Shown here in pieces: positions 10,422-20,782 of a stretch of 42,695 bases of DNA. Each line of letters starts with the position of its first letter. Within the stretch, counting starts at the first letter, position 1. Source of the DNA: Promethearchaeota archaeon. Lineage in GTDB: Archaea; Asgardarchaeota; Lokiarchaeia; Sigyniarchaeales; SOKP01. The notes beneath the pieces are model-generated. The model was not told where the DNA came from, did not search any database, and was given only the letters and a program-made list of their open reading frames with translations. Both the position numbers and the translations under genes were made by a program. The stretch is from assembly GCA_048938025.1 (NCBI GenBank), contig JBHLMP010000034.1, positions 1 through 42,695 on the forward strand, given 5' to 3'.

Positions 10422-13400
10422 TTGAGCGAAAAAAATAATGTTGGGTCCGTAATGATTGTTGGAGCAGGGATAGGGGGATGTCAAGCAGCATTAGACTTAG
10501 CAGATTCTGGTATCAAAGTCTATCTTGTTGACAAGGAACCTTCCATCGGTGGAGTTATGGCCCAATTAGATAAAACATTCCCAACAAATGACTGTTCGAT
10601 GTGCATTTTAGCTCCAAAACTCGTTGCTGTAGATAGGCATCCTAATATTGAATTGATTACGTATGCAGATCTCTTAAATCTGGAGGGTGAAGCGGGTAAT
10701 TTTAATGCAACGATTAATAAAAAAACAAGATATATTCATGAAGATAAATGTACGGGTTGTGGGGATTGCATTCAGGAATGTCCTGTTCAAATTCCTGATG
10801 AATTCAATCAGAAATTGAATAATAGAAAAGCAATTTATCTTCAATTTCCTCAAGCTGTACCTTTTAAAGTATTAATTGATAAGCAGGGAATTCCTCCCTG
10901 CAAAGACGCATGTCCGGCTCATGTAAATGCTCAAGGATATGTTGCTTTAATCTCAAAAAAAAACTATCAAGAAGCTTTGAACCTAATTAGAGAGAGGTGT
11001 CCCCTTCCCTCTGTTATAGGTCGGATTTGTCCTCGATTCTGTGAAATGGTATGTAATAGAGCTGAAATAGATACTCCTATTAATATTTGTGGTTTAAAAA
11101 GATTTGTAGCCGATTATGTAAGGGATAATCTTGAGGAAGAGATCATATTCTTGGAGGATAAAAAGGAAGAGAAAGTTGCTATTGTTGGCTCTGGTCCAGC
11201 TGGACTTACTGTTGCGTATCACCTTGCAAGACGTGGATATCCCGTTACTATTTTTGAAAAGGAACCTTTTGCTGGAGGAATGCTTAGACTAGGGATTCCA
11301 GATTATAGATTGCCCCCAGATATTTTAGAAAGTGATGTTGAACATATTAAGAAATATGGTGTTGAGATAAAAACAAATACGCCAATAGGTCCTGATTTAA
11401 CTTTAGAAGATTTGAAAAAACAGGGTTTTAAAGCTATATTTATAGCTATAGGTCTTCATAATAGTCGTAAAATGGATTTTGAATGTGAAGACATTGAAGA
11501 TGTATTATATGGTGTTGAATTTTTAAAAGAAATAAATTTATCCAGAAATGTACCTAATCTTAAAGATAAAATTGTAGGAGTTGTGGGCGGAGGAGATGTT
11601 GCAATGGATGTAGCACGATCATCTATAAGGTTAGGCGCAAAAAAAGTGATAATCATTTATAGAAGATCCGAACAAGAAATGCCCGCTTCAAAGGAAGAAA
11701 TAGAAAGAGCAAGAGAAGAGGGTATTGAATTTAAATTTTTAACAGTTCCTACTAGAGATGTCAGTGGTAAGGTGAGTAAACTTACTGAAATTGAATGTGT
11801 GGAAATGAAACTTGGTGAACCAGATGAATCTGGAAGGCGAAGACCTATCACAATTGAAGGTTCTGAATTCAAAATGAAAATAGATACTTTGATTCTTTCT
11901 ATAGGACAAGAACCAGATTGCTCTCTAATAGAAGCTGCTTTTAAAAAGAAATTAAATATTAATAAATGGGGATATATTGAAACAGATAAAATATCTTTTG
12001 AAACTAATATCCCTGGAGTGTTTGCTGGAGGAGAGATTGTTACGGGAGCTGGTTCTGCTATAGAAGCGATAGCAATAGGTAATAAAGCTGCTATGGTGAT
12101 AGAGAAATATTTAAAAGGAGAAGATATTTCCGAATTAAAAGAAACCATCCCAGATTATAAAGTAGCTGATGTAGTCACCAGTGCTAATATTCAAAATATA
12201 GAACGTTTTTCATGTCAAGATAGGAATGAGTTCACAATCTGTCTACCAGAGGAACGTATATACAATTTTAATGAAGTTTCCAGTGGTATGGATGAAGAAT
12301 CTTCTATTGAAGAAGCATTACGGTGCCTTAATTGCGGATCTTGCTGTGAGTGTTTTGAATGCGTGAGGACATGTCAAGCTAATGCTGTTGATCATAGCTT
12401 AACTGATGAAACTATTTCTATCAATGTTGGGGCTGTGGTATTAGCTCTTGGCTCTGATGAATATACACCAAAAATAGGAAATATTTATGGATATGGTGAA
12501 TATCCAAATGTTATAAAAAGTATAGAATTAGAACGTATACTCAATGCATCTGGTCCATTTAATGGAGAAGTTGTCCGTCCTTCAGATAACGCACATCCAA
12601 AAAAAATAGCGTTTCTGCAATGTATTGGTTCTCGAGATAAAAAAATAGGTCATGAATATTGCTCTTCAATGTGTTGTATGTATACTACAAAAGAAGCTGT
12701 TATAGCTAAAGAGCATTTGAGTACTCTTGAGCCCACTATTTTTAGTATGGATATAAGAGCATACGGAAAGGATTTTGACAAATATATTGAACGAGCTAAA
12801 GAAGATTATGGAGTAAGGTACATTAGAAGTAGAATATCTACTATTAAAGAGATACCTGAATCTAGTGATTTAAAGATTAGGTATGAGACTGAAGAAGGAA
12901 AAATTATTGAAGAAATTTTTAACATGGTTGTTCTGTCTGTGGGATTACAACCTAATCCTAATACTGCTGTATTAGCAAAAAAATTAAATATTGAATTAAA
13001 TGAATATGGTTTTTGTAAAACAGCTAATTTTAATCCAATTGAGACTTCGCGACCAGGAATTTATGTATGCGGAACATTTAAAGAACCTAAAGATATTCCA
13101 GAAACCGTTATTGAAGCTAGTGCGGCTGCTGGGGCTGTAAATGTTCTATTATCTGACGTTAGAAATACATTAATTGCTGAAAAGAAAGATTATGAAGAGA
13201 TTGACATCAGTGGAGAGCCACCTCGAATTGGAGTCTTTATTTGTCATTGTGGAATTAATATTGGAGGTGTTGTTGATGTTCCTGAAGTAGTTGAATATGC
13301 AAGCAAATTACCAGATGTAGTATATTCTGAAAGAAATTTATATACTTGCTCAGCTGACACACAAACCATTATTAAAGAAAAAATAAAGGAACATGGTTTA

Positions 13401-15368
13401 AATAGAGTAATTGTTGCTTCTTGTACGCCTAGAACTCATGAACCATTATTCCAAGCAACTATTAGAGAAGCAGGTTTAAACAAATATCTTTTTGATTTAG
13501 CAAATATTAGGGATCAATGCTCCTGGGTTCATATGCATGAACCAGAAGAAGCCACAGAGAAAGCTAAAGATTTAGTTAGGATGTCTGTTGCTAAAGCTAG
13601 AAATTTAGTTCCTTTAAAAGAACAAAGAGTAGAAGTGATTCATAAAGGAATGGTTATTGGGGGTGGCATAGCAGGAATGATAGCTGCTTTAAATTTAGCA
13701 GATCAAGGGTATGATATATATCTAATAGAAAAAAGTGATAAATTGGGTGGTATAGCAAATTCTATTTATCAAACTTTGGAGAATAATGATGTTCAAAAAT
13801 TAATAGGAAATTTGATAGAAAAAGTTAATAATCATAAATTAATTACCGTTTTTCTCAAAGCTAATATTAATTCTGTAAATGGATATATAGGAAATTTTAC
13901 TACTGACATAATCTATGGTAAAAAAAAAGAAGAGAAAAAATTTGATCATGGCATAATTATTGTAGCTACAGGAGCAGAAGAATATATACCTAAGGATGAT
14001 GAATTTCTATTTAATCAAGATGAAAGAATTACAACCCAGTCAAATCTCGAAAAACTTCTTTTTACGAACGAAAAAAAGATAAGAGAATTGAAATCAATTG
14101 TGATGATCCAATGTATTGGCTCTAGAAACGAAGAACATCCTTATTGCAGTAGGATGTGCTGCGCCGAAGCTATAAAAAATGCATTGAAAGCAAAAGAGAT
14201 TAACCCAGATATCAATATTATAATTTTATTTCGTGATATTAGGACTTATGGGTTTAAGGAAAAATATTATAATTTAGCTAGAGAAAAAGGAATAATCTTC
14301 ATCAGGTTTGATGAAAAAAAGCCTCCCGAAGTTGTTAAAAAGGGTAATCAATTACAAGTCTTATTAAATAAGCCAGATGTAGGAGAGCTTAAAATTAATT
14401 CTGATCTAATAGTATTAAGTGCAGGAATTGTGGCTCCTAAAGGAAATTCAGAGTTAGCTAAAATACTAAAAGTCCCTCTTAATGAGGACAATTTCTTTTT
14501 AGAAGCTCATGTTAAATTGAGACCATCTGATTTTGCCACAGATGGAATTTTTTTATGTGGAACTGCACGAGGAGCAGCCAATATAAGTGAAACTATAGCT
14601 CAAGCGAATTCTGCAGCTGCTAGAGCAATGACAATATTATCAAAAGAAATTTTGGAAACAGAAGGCATAACTTCCTATGTTAATGAAGACAAATGCATCG
14701 GTTGTGGTCGATGTACTGAAGTTTGTCCTTATAACGCTATTGAATTGGTTGAGACTACAAAACAAATGGGTTTATATCGTAATGATATAAAAAAAGCTCA
14801 AGTAATTAAAGCTGTTTGTAAAGGTTGTGGAACATGCTTTGCAGAATGTCCCACTTCTGCAATTTCCATGAGCCATTTTGGAAATGAACAGATTAAACCA
14901 ATGATTGAGGAAGCAGTGAAATCTGATGAGATCGGTTGGGAACCACGAATAGTTGCTTTTCTCTGTAATTGGTGTTCTTATGCTGGTGCTGATTTAGCAG
15001 GTGTAAGTCGATATCAGTATCCTCCAAATGTAAGGATTATAAGAGTAATGTGCTCGGGAGGTATGTCTAAAAGTTTCATATTAAAAGCATTTTTAGAGGG
15101 TGCAGATGGAGTATTTATAGCAGGATGTCATTTAGGGGATTGTCATTACATTAGTGGAAATGAAAATGCGTATCTACGCTTGGAAAATCTTAAACAATTG
15201 CTAAGAATGATTGGAATTGAAGAGAATAGGATTCAAATTAATCAGATTTCCGCGAGTGAGGGAAAGCAATTCTCAGAACTTATATCTGAGTTTACAGAAA
15301 AAATTAAAGCTTTAGGAGAATCGAAGATGCCTAAAAAAATAAGCAAAATGAAAATTGAATCTAGCTAA
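10422..15368 (+). CDS. Large HdrA-family flavoprotein (HdrL type): HdrA with a GltD-like NAD(P)H module insertion, a second HdrA copy, a ferredoxin domain and a C-terminal MvhD domain
   Basis: HdrA motifs VGAGIGG and LDKTFPTNDCSMC. GltD-like block at about 10890-12350 (PCKDACP, GRICPRFCE, GSGPAG, GGGDVAMD, YRRS). Motif CSSMCC. Second HdrA start PRIGVFICHCGIN at about 13220. MvhD motifs AFLCNWCSY, RVMCSG and GCHLGDCHY from about 14940. TTG start preceded by a GGAGG SD. Confidence 0.9.
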   Translation: MSEKNNVGSVMIVGAGIGGCQAALDLADSGIKVYLVDKEPSIGGVMAQLDKTFPTNDCSMCILAPKLVAVDRHPNIELITYADLLNLEGEAGNFNATINKKTRYIHEDKCTGCGDCIQECPVQIPDEFNQKLNNRKAIYLQFPQAVPFKVLIDKQGIPPCKDACPAHVNAQGYVALISKKNYQEALNLIRERCPLPSVIGRICPRFCEMVCNRAEIDTPINICGLKRFVADYVRDNLEEEIIFLEDKKEEKVAIVGSGPAGLTVAYHLARRGYPVTIFEKEPFAGGMLRLGIPDYRLPPDILESDVEHIKKYGVEIKTNTPIGPDLTLEDLKKQGFKAIFIAIGLHNSRKMDFECEDIEDVLYGVEFLKEINLSRNVPNLKDKIVGVVGGGDVAMDVARSSIRLGAKKVIIIYRRSEQEMPASKEEIERAREEGIEFKFLTVPTRDVSGKVSKLTEIECVEMKLGEPDESGRRRPITIEGSEFKMKIDTLILSIGQEPDCSLIEAAFKKKLNINKWGYIETDKISFETNIPGVFAGGEIVTGAGSAIEAIAIGNKAAMVIEKYLKGEDISELKETIPDYKVADVVTSANIQNIERFSCQDRNEFTICLPEERIYNFNEVSSGMDEESSIEEALRCLNCGSCCECFECVRTCQANAVDHSLTDETISINVGAVVLALGSDEYTPKIGNIYGYGEYPNVIKSIELERILNASGPFNGEVVRPSDNAHPKKIAFLQCIGSRDKKIGHEYCSSMCCMYTTKEAVIAKEHLSTLEPTIFSMDIRAYGKDFDKYIERAKEDYGVRYIRSRISTIKEIPESSDLKIRYETEEGKIIEEIFNMVVLSVGLQPNPNTAVLAKKLNIELNEYGFCKTANFNPIETSRPGIYVCGTFKEPKDIPETVIEASAAAGAVNVLLSDVRNTLIAEKKDYEEIDISGEPPRIGVFICHCGINIGGVVDVPEVVEYASKLPDVVYSERNLYTCSADTQTIIKEKIKEHGLNRVIVASCTPRTHEPLFQATIREAGLNKYLFDLANIRDQCSWVHMHEPEEATEKAKDLVRMSVAKARNLVPLKEQRVEVIHKGMVIGGGIAGMIAALNLADQGYDIYLIEKSDKLGGIANSIYQTLENNDVQKLIGNLIEKVNNHKLITVFLKANINSVNGYIGNFTTDIIYGKKKEEKKFDHGIIIVATGAEEYIPKDDEFLFNQDERITTQSNLEKLLFTNEKKIRELKSIVMIQCIGSRNEEHPYCSRMCCAEAIKNALKAKEINPDINIIILFRDIRTYGFKEKYYNLAREKGIIFIRFDEKKPPEVVKKGNQLQVLLNKPDVGELKINSDLIVLSAGIVAPKGNSELAKILKVPLNEDNFFLEAHVKLRPSDFATDGIFLCGTARGAANISETIAQANSAAARAMTILSKEILETEGITSYVNEDKCIGCGRCTEVCPYNAIELVETTKQMGLYRNDIKKAQVIKAVCKGCGTCFAECPTSAISMSHFGNEQIKPMIEEAVKSDEIGWEPRIVAFLCNWCSYAGADLAGVSRYQYPPNVRIIRVMCSGGMSKSFILKAFLEGADGVFIAGCHLGDCHYISGNENAYLRLENLKQLLRMIGIEENRIQINQISASEGKQFSELISEFTEKIKALGESKMPKKISKMKIESS

Positions 15369-15390
15369 TTAAAAAATAAAGAATTTTGAT

Positions 15391-16230
15391 CTAGTATTCA
15401 CTAGGCATTTTTTTAAGCTCTGCCAGAGAGAATACAGGTCCATCAATACAGACGAATTTATTACCGATATTACATCTTCCACATTTACCAATTCCGCACT
15501 TCATTCTCATCTCTAATGAATTCAAAATTTGCTCGTCTTTCCAATCTAGATTTACCAATTCAGCCACGGCAGTCCTAATCATTATAGGTGGCCCACAGAC
15601 TACCGCCATAGCATTTTCAGGAGAGGGAGCAACCTTCTTAACTATAGCTGCGACAAAACCTACTTCGCGAGTCCATCCCTCCTCTTCGCGGTCAATCGTT
15701 AGAACTACTTTAATATCCTCTCTCTTTTCCCATTCTTCAAGGATATCTCGATATAAAACTTCACCAGAATCACGGTTCCCGTAAATCACAGTAATATCTT
15801 TATAATACTTTCTATATTTTTCATCTAGCAAATATATGATTAGCGATCGTAAGGTTGAAAACGCAAATCCACCTCCAATGACAACAATATTTTTACCTCT
15901 CATTTCTTCAATTGGCCAGCCATTACCTAAAGGACCTCTTACTCCTACAGTATCTCCTACTTCAACATTATGAAATCCCGTAGTAACTGTTCCCATCTTC
16001 TTAATCGTGAATTTAATAGAACCTTCTTCAGTTGGAGATGAGGCTATACCTATTGGACATTCTCCTTTTCCGATTAGACTAATTTCTGCGAATTGGCCAG
16101 GGATATAGTTAAAATCTTTATAATCTTCTTCCTTGTTAAATTCTAATTCTATGGTTTTTATATCATTAACTTTATTCTCTGAAATAATCTTTTTAATTGA
16201 AGTAAGCATCGGGATATACGGATTAGGCAC
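15391..16230 (-). CDS. flxA: FlxA-like FAD/NAD(P)-binding [2Fe-2S] subunit (AsrB/sulfhydrogenase gamma family)
   Basis: Motifs PGQFAEIS, RGPLGNGW, GGGFA, VCGPPIM and MKCGIGKCGRC...CIDGPVF. Confidence 0.85.
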   Translation of the reverse strand: MPNPYIPMLTSIKKIISENKVNDIKTIELEFNKEEDYKDFNYIPGQFAEISLIGKGECPIGIASSPTEEGSIKFTIKKMGTVTTGFHNVEVGDTVGVRGPLGNGWPIEEMRGKNIVVIGGGFAFSTLRSLIIYLLDEKYRKYYKDITVIYGNRDSGEVLYRDILEEWEKREDIKVVLTIDREEEGWTREVGFVAAIVKKVAPSPENAMAVVCGPPIMIRTAVAELVNLDWKDEQILNSLEMRMKCGIGKCGRCNIGNKFVCIDGPVFSLAELKKMPSEY

Positions 16231-17281
16231 TTATTTTCTCCTCCTTTTTAGGTTCAATTTTCTTAATTTTTTGAATAATTGATCTAAGATCATTATTAGC
16301 GGGACATAATTGAACACATCGACCACATCCGACGCACCCTAACACACCATAATTCTCGGGATAATAACAAAATTTATGTAAAATTCTATTTCTAACCCTT
16401 TGTAAACAGCTATTTCGTGGATTATGACCACTTGTATGTAAGGTATAAAGGCAAGATTGGCATGTGTCCCATATTCTAATTCTTCTGCCACGATTTTCAT
16501 TTGGAATGTTTTCATCAATTACATCAAAACAAGTACATGTTGGACATAGGAATGAACATGTTCCACATCCAATACAAATTTCACTAACTTCTTTCCATAT
16601 TGGATGTTCAAAATTTGGATCTAAAATTTTGTCGATATCCTTTAAATCTAATTTTGTTGTAATTGATTCTTCTGCCTGTTTTTTTAATTCTTGAGCCTTA
16701 TCTAAATCCGTCTCTTTAGCATCAGCAAGCCACGAAAGCGATTTAATTAAATCTTTACCTTTATCACTAATTCCCTCAACAAGATATTCATCTTGTAAGT
16801 CAACTAAAAATACATCCATATAATCTTTTTGAAATGGATTTCCTTCTACTGATGTACAGAAACAAGTACTTTTAGGAGTATTACAACCAATTCCTATTAA
16901 AATTGTATTTTTCCTTCTATTTATAATAATTTCGTCTTTGAAATCTCCTTGAGAAAAAAAGCTTACTAACAAGACAAAACTATGAGCGTCACAGGGTCTT
17001 ATCCCAAAAATTATATTTTGTTCATCTAAATTTTTGGGTTCTTCAAGCTCTATCTCATTATCATTAATTTTATATTCAAAAAGAATATCTTTCTCCGGAA
17101 ATAGTATTTCTTTCGGTGGAACTTTAGAATTTAGATAGTCCAGCACTATTTCTTCGGGATTTGTTATTTTTCTAAAAACTATATTTCTCTTTTCTTTAAT
17201 TGGAGCAAAAAAATTATAATCTTTTGTTAAATCATTATATAACTTTATGATTTGATCTTTTTTTAGAATTTTATATTCCAT
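16223..17281 (-). CDS. flxB: FlxB-like 4Fe-4S protein (AsrA/sulfhydrogenase beta family)
   Basis: Motifs GIRPCD, CFCTS, CIGCGTCSFLCPTCTCF, RIWDTC and CVGCGRCVQLCP. Confidence 0.85.
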   Translation of the reverse strand: MEYKILKKDQIIKLYNDLTKDYNFFAPIKEKRNIVFRKITNPEEIVLDYLNSKVPPKEILFPEKDILFEYKINDNEIELEEPKNLDEQNIIFGIRPCDAHSFVLLVSFFSQGDFKDEIIINRRKNTILIGIGCNTPKSTCFCTSVEGNPFQKDYMDVFLVDLQDEYLVEGISDKGKDLIKSLSWLADAKETDLDKAQELKKQAEESITTKLDLKDIDKILDPNFEHPIWKEVSEICIGCGTCSFLCPTCTCFDVIDENIPNENRGRRIRIWDTCQSCLYTLHTSGHNPRNSCLQRVRNRILHKFCYYPENYGVLGCVGCGRCVQLCPANNDLRSIIQKIKKIEPKKEEKISA

Positions 17282-17297
17282 TTTTCAAGTCCCCTTT

Positions 17298-18308
17298 TTA
17301 ATCTTCCTCCATCATAAATTCTTCTTTATCATCTATATCATAAGCCATCATAGGAGGTAAGCTTCCTGGATCAATACCGGTTGTAAAATTAAACCTTTCT
17401 TTTGCGATTTTTTCTAAAGATCTGTTTATTAAATTCAAATCAATTCCCATCGGGCACGCACTGCTGCAAGCTCCACAACCTACACATCGACCTGCCATAT
17501 GCATTGCACGAACTAAATGAAATACAAAAATATCAGAATAACCCGTTGTTTTTCCAAACCAAACAGGTTGGTTTTGATCTACAAAACATAGATTACAATA
17601 GCACATAGGACATGCTTCTCTGCAAGCATAACATCGAGTACAAGGCTCTAAAAGACTTTTTATATATTCCCATTTTTCTTCAGTAGTTTTTGAATCAAAT
17701 TCAGCAATATCAGAAAAATCTTCTTCAATAACAGGATTTTCTAAACATTCACCAACACATATATCTTCTAAAAATGGTGGTGATTTAACTTGACATACTT
17801 TACATAATTCATTCATATATTCATTAAAAGGAAATACTTTTTTGAAGTCCCTGCCTTTTACTATGATATTATCACCAGATATTGAGATATCAAAGATTTC
17901 TCTTTCTCCGATTTCATCTTCAATTTTCTTCCTATTTATAATTCCATTACAGGGAATTCCAATTATTTTTATATTTTCAAGATCGAGTTGATGCTCTACT
18001 GATAAATGAATTAAGGCTCTACCAACACAACCTTTTGATACAATACCAACTTTCAATTTTTGACCTTCCTTATTCATAAGCGTTGGTATTCGAGGGACCA
18101 AATATTTGGCCAAATTTATATAACATAAATTATTCCAAGTTAATTTATCTACTTCCTCTGCTTTATCTATTACAATAGGTGATGAACTTAAAGGAACAGT
18201 TCCTTCTGTGTATCCAATAATAACATCAACTTGTTTTTCTTCAAGTAGTTTTCTAGCCAATTCTCTTATTAATTGCTCAATTTCTTTATTTTCATTTTCA
18301 ATTACCAT
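17298..18308 (-). CDS. flxC: FlxC-like 4Fe-4S protein
   Basis: Motifs CTRCYACREACPMCYCNLC and HMAGRCVGCGACSSACP. Start moved to the second Met (18308), which follows a GGTGA SD at 5 nt. Confidence 0.8.
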   Translation of the reverse strand: MVIENENKEIEQLIRELARKLLEEKQVDVIIGYTEGTVPLSSSPIVIDKAEEVDKLTWNNLCYINLAKYLVPRIPTLMNKEGQKLKVGIVSKGCVGRALIHLSVEHQLDLENIKIIGIPCNGIINRKKIEDEIGEREIFDISISGDNIIVKGRDFKKVFPFNEYMNELCKVCQVKSPPFLEDICVGECLENPVIEEDFSDIAEFDSKTTEEKWEYIKSLLEPCTRCYACREACPMCYCNLCFVDQNQPVWFGKTTGYSDIFVFHLVRAMHMAGRCVGCGACSSACPMGIDLNLINRSLEKIAKERFNFTTGIDPGSLPPMMAYDIDDKEEFMMEED

Positions 18309-18313
18309 AATAA

Positions 18314-18772
18314 TCACCATTCCGGCTCAAATTTTTTATTTGGTCCAAGTTTCTTAACATTATTTGTTACTTTTTTAATTAAAGTCGCGAATCTATCGCC
18401 TTCAGATGCAGAAGACCACATAAAAGTAACTCTATCAGGATCTATTCCGAAAAGTGTTAATAAATCCTTTAAAATCGCAAAACGTCTTCTAGCAACTAAA
18501 TTTCCGCTAATATAATGGCAATCTCCAGGGTGACATCCTGAGACGACAACACCATCCCATCCTCTTAATAAACTTTTAATTATGAAAAATGGATTTATTC
18601 TTCCTGAACATGGAACCCTTACTATTCTAATATTTGAAGGATATTGTATTCTACTTACACCTGCTAAATCAGCGCCTGCATAAGAGCACCAATTACAGAG
18701 AAAGGCAATAATTTTAGGTTCCCATTGTTTTTTATCTTTTGATTGCTCTGACTGTGTTTGCACCTTACTCAT
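18314..18772 (-). CDS. flxD: MvhD/FlxD [2Fe-2S] subunit
   Basis: Motifs IIAFLCNWCSYAGADLAG, RVPCSGR and GCHPGDCHY. SD GGAGGTGA. Confidence 0.9.
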   Translation of the reverse strand: MSKVQTQSEQSKDKKQWEPKIIAFLCNWCSYAGADLAGVSRIQYPSNIRIVRVPCSGRINPFFIIKSLLRGWDGVVVSGCHPGDCHYISGNLVARRRFAILKDLLTLFGIDPDRVTFMWSSASEGDRFATLIKKVTNNVKKLGPNKKFEPEW

Positions 18773-20772
18773 TAAAGTTCACCTCCCATTATTATTGAAA
18801 ATATTTGTTCACCAGTAAAACCGATAATATCTATTGCTGAACATCTACAATTACCAGAACAAGCACCACACCCTTTACATAAAGCCTCATTTATTTTAGC
18901 TACTGTCCCAAATCTTCTGTCCTCAACAAGCTCTATAGCTCCATAAGCACAATTTTCTACGCACATACCACAGCCAATACAACGTTCTGGTCGAACAACA
19001 GCAAAAAATGGTTCTATCTCCACTTCACCTTGTGCCATTAACGTAGCTGCGCTTGAAGCGGCTCCTTTAGCTTGAGCAACAGCATCAGGAATATCTTTTG
19101 GACCTTGTGCAACACCAGCTATAAAGATACCTTCTGTTAAAGTATCTACTGGTCGCAATTTTGGATGGGCTTCTAAAAAAAACCCATCTGCTGATCTTTG
19201 TATTCTTAATAGAGAAGTTATTATTTGAGCATCTGCTCGAGGCTCTAAACCACAGGATAAAACAAACAAATCTACTGTTAATTCAATTGGTTGTTGGAGT
19301 AAAGTATCTTCAGCTCTTATGATAATATTGTGATTATCATCTTCGATTACCTCTGCTATTCTTCCTCTCATAAAATTGATTCCGTAGTTTTGTCCTGCCG
19401 ATTCGTAAAATTCTTCATAACCTTTTCCAAAAGCTCGAATATCCATATAAAAAATATAAATATCTGCATCAGGATGTTTTTCTTTATATTGTCTTGCTTG
19501 TTTAGTTGCATACATACAACAAACTCTTGAACAATATTTATTTCCTCCTTCTCTGAAATTTCTACTTCCCACACATTGAAGAAAGGCAATACTATGGGGT
19601 TCTTTAAGATCTGAAGGTCTAACAGGCTTTCCTATAACTGGTCCAAAAGAACTTAATAAACGTTCCATTTGAAGTCCAGTGATAACGTTAGGGTATCTCC
19701 CATAACCATATTGCTTGAGTTCAGTAGGATCATATAAATCCCACCCTGTAGCAACTATTATTGTACCTACTTTAATTTTCAAATATTCTGGTTTATCATC
19801 ATAATTTATTGCTTCTGGTTCACATACATCTATTCTTGCACATATTCCGCATTTAATACAATTATCCATATCAATGGTGTATTGGCCAGGTACAGCTTGA
19901 GGGAATGGAATGTAAATTGCTTTTCTTGTAGCTAATCCGAGATCAAATTCGTTTCCAACGACAACTGGACAATAATCAACACATACTCCACAACCAGTAC
20001 ATTTCTCTTGATCTACATAATGTGGTTTTTTTAAAATAGTAACTTCAAAATTTCCTATAAAACCAGAGACTTCTACTACTTCAGAGTAGGTTAAAAGTTC
20101 AATATTTTTCTCACGTGAAACCTCAGACATTTTAGGGGTAAGGATACAACTCGAGCAATCCATAGTTGGGAATGTTTTATCAAGTTGAGCCATGTGACCA
20201 CCAATTGTGGGAGTTTTTTCAACTAAGTAGACTTTATAGCCTTCTGTGGCTAGATCCAATGCAGCATTCATTCCTGCAACCCCTCCTCCTATTATTAAAC
20301 AAGAGGGTTCTACTTTCACTTTCTGGACTTCTAGTGGCTTTAACTCCCTTGCTTTTGCTATAGCCATTCTAATATGGTCTTTAGCGATTTCATATGCTCC
20401 TTCTGGATCTCTCATATGAACCCATGTTGAGTGTTCTCTAATATTTGCCATTTCAAATAAAAATTGGTTCAAACCAGCTTCTTTACAAGTAATTCTAAAA
20501 GTGGGTTCATGCATTCTTGGAGAACATGCAGCAACAACAACTCTATTCACTAATCCTGCTTCAATATCTCCCTTTATAATCTTCTGCCCTACATCAGAAC
20601 AAAAGAATTTATATTCTTGTGCTACTTCTACGTTTGGAAGTGTTTTTGCATATTCTACCAAATCTGGAACTGAAACTACCCCCCCAATGTTAACACCACA
20701 ATGACATATATAAACTCCAATTTTAGGTCTTTCATTACCTGTGACTTTTATTTCTTTTTTAGCTTCTGTCAT
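18772..20772 (-). CDS. hdrA: Heterodisulfide reductase subunit A
   Basis: Motifs IGVYICHCGVN, AACSPRMHE, GGGVAG, LDKTFPTMDCSSC, CSRVCC, FLEAHPKLRP and GPKDI, plus ferredoxin motifs. SD GGAGG. Confidence 0.95.
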   Translation of the reverse strand: MTEAKKEIKVTGNERPKIGVYICHCGVNIGGVVSVPDLVEYAKTLPNVEVAQEYKFFCSDVGQKIIKGDIEAGLVNRVVVAACSPRMHEPTFRITCKEAGLNQFLFEMANIREHSTWVHMRDPEGAYEIAKDHIRMAIAKARELKPLEVQKVKVEPSCLIIGGGVAGMNAALDLATEGYKVYLVEKTPTIGGHMAQLDKTFPTMDCSSCILTPKMSEVSREKNIELLTYSEVVEVSGFIGNFEVTILKKPHYVDQEKCTGCGVCVDYCPVVVGNEFDLGLATRKAIYIPFPQAVPGQYTIDMDNCIKCGICARIDVCEPEAINYDDKPEYLKIKVGTIIVATGWDLYDPTELKQYGYGRYPNVITGLQMERLLSSFGPVIGKPVRPSDLKEPHSIAFLQCVGSRNFREGGNKYCSRVCCMYATKQARQYKEKHPDADIYIFYMDIRAFGKGYEEFYESAGQNYGINFMRGRIAEVIEDDNHNIIIRAEDTLLQQPIELTVDLFVLSCGLEPRADAQIITSLLRIQRSADGFFLEAHPKLRPVDTLTEGIFIAGVAQGPKDIPDAVAQAKGAASSAATLMAQGEVEIEPFFAVVRPERCIGCGMCVENCAYGAIELVEDRRFGTVAKINEALCKGCGACSGNCRCSAIDIIGFTGEQIFSIIMGGEL

Positions 20773-20782
20773 ATAATTCCTC

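Noticed and set aside
15391-18320. Calling these genes sulfite reductase AsrAB, sulfhydrogenase or F420 hydrogenase subunits
   Set aside because: There is no AsrC or NiFe large subunit in the operon, and the gene order behind hdrCBA-mvhD fits Flx.
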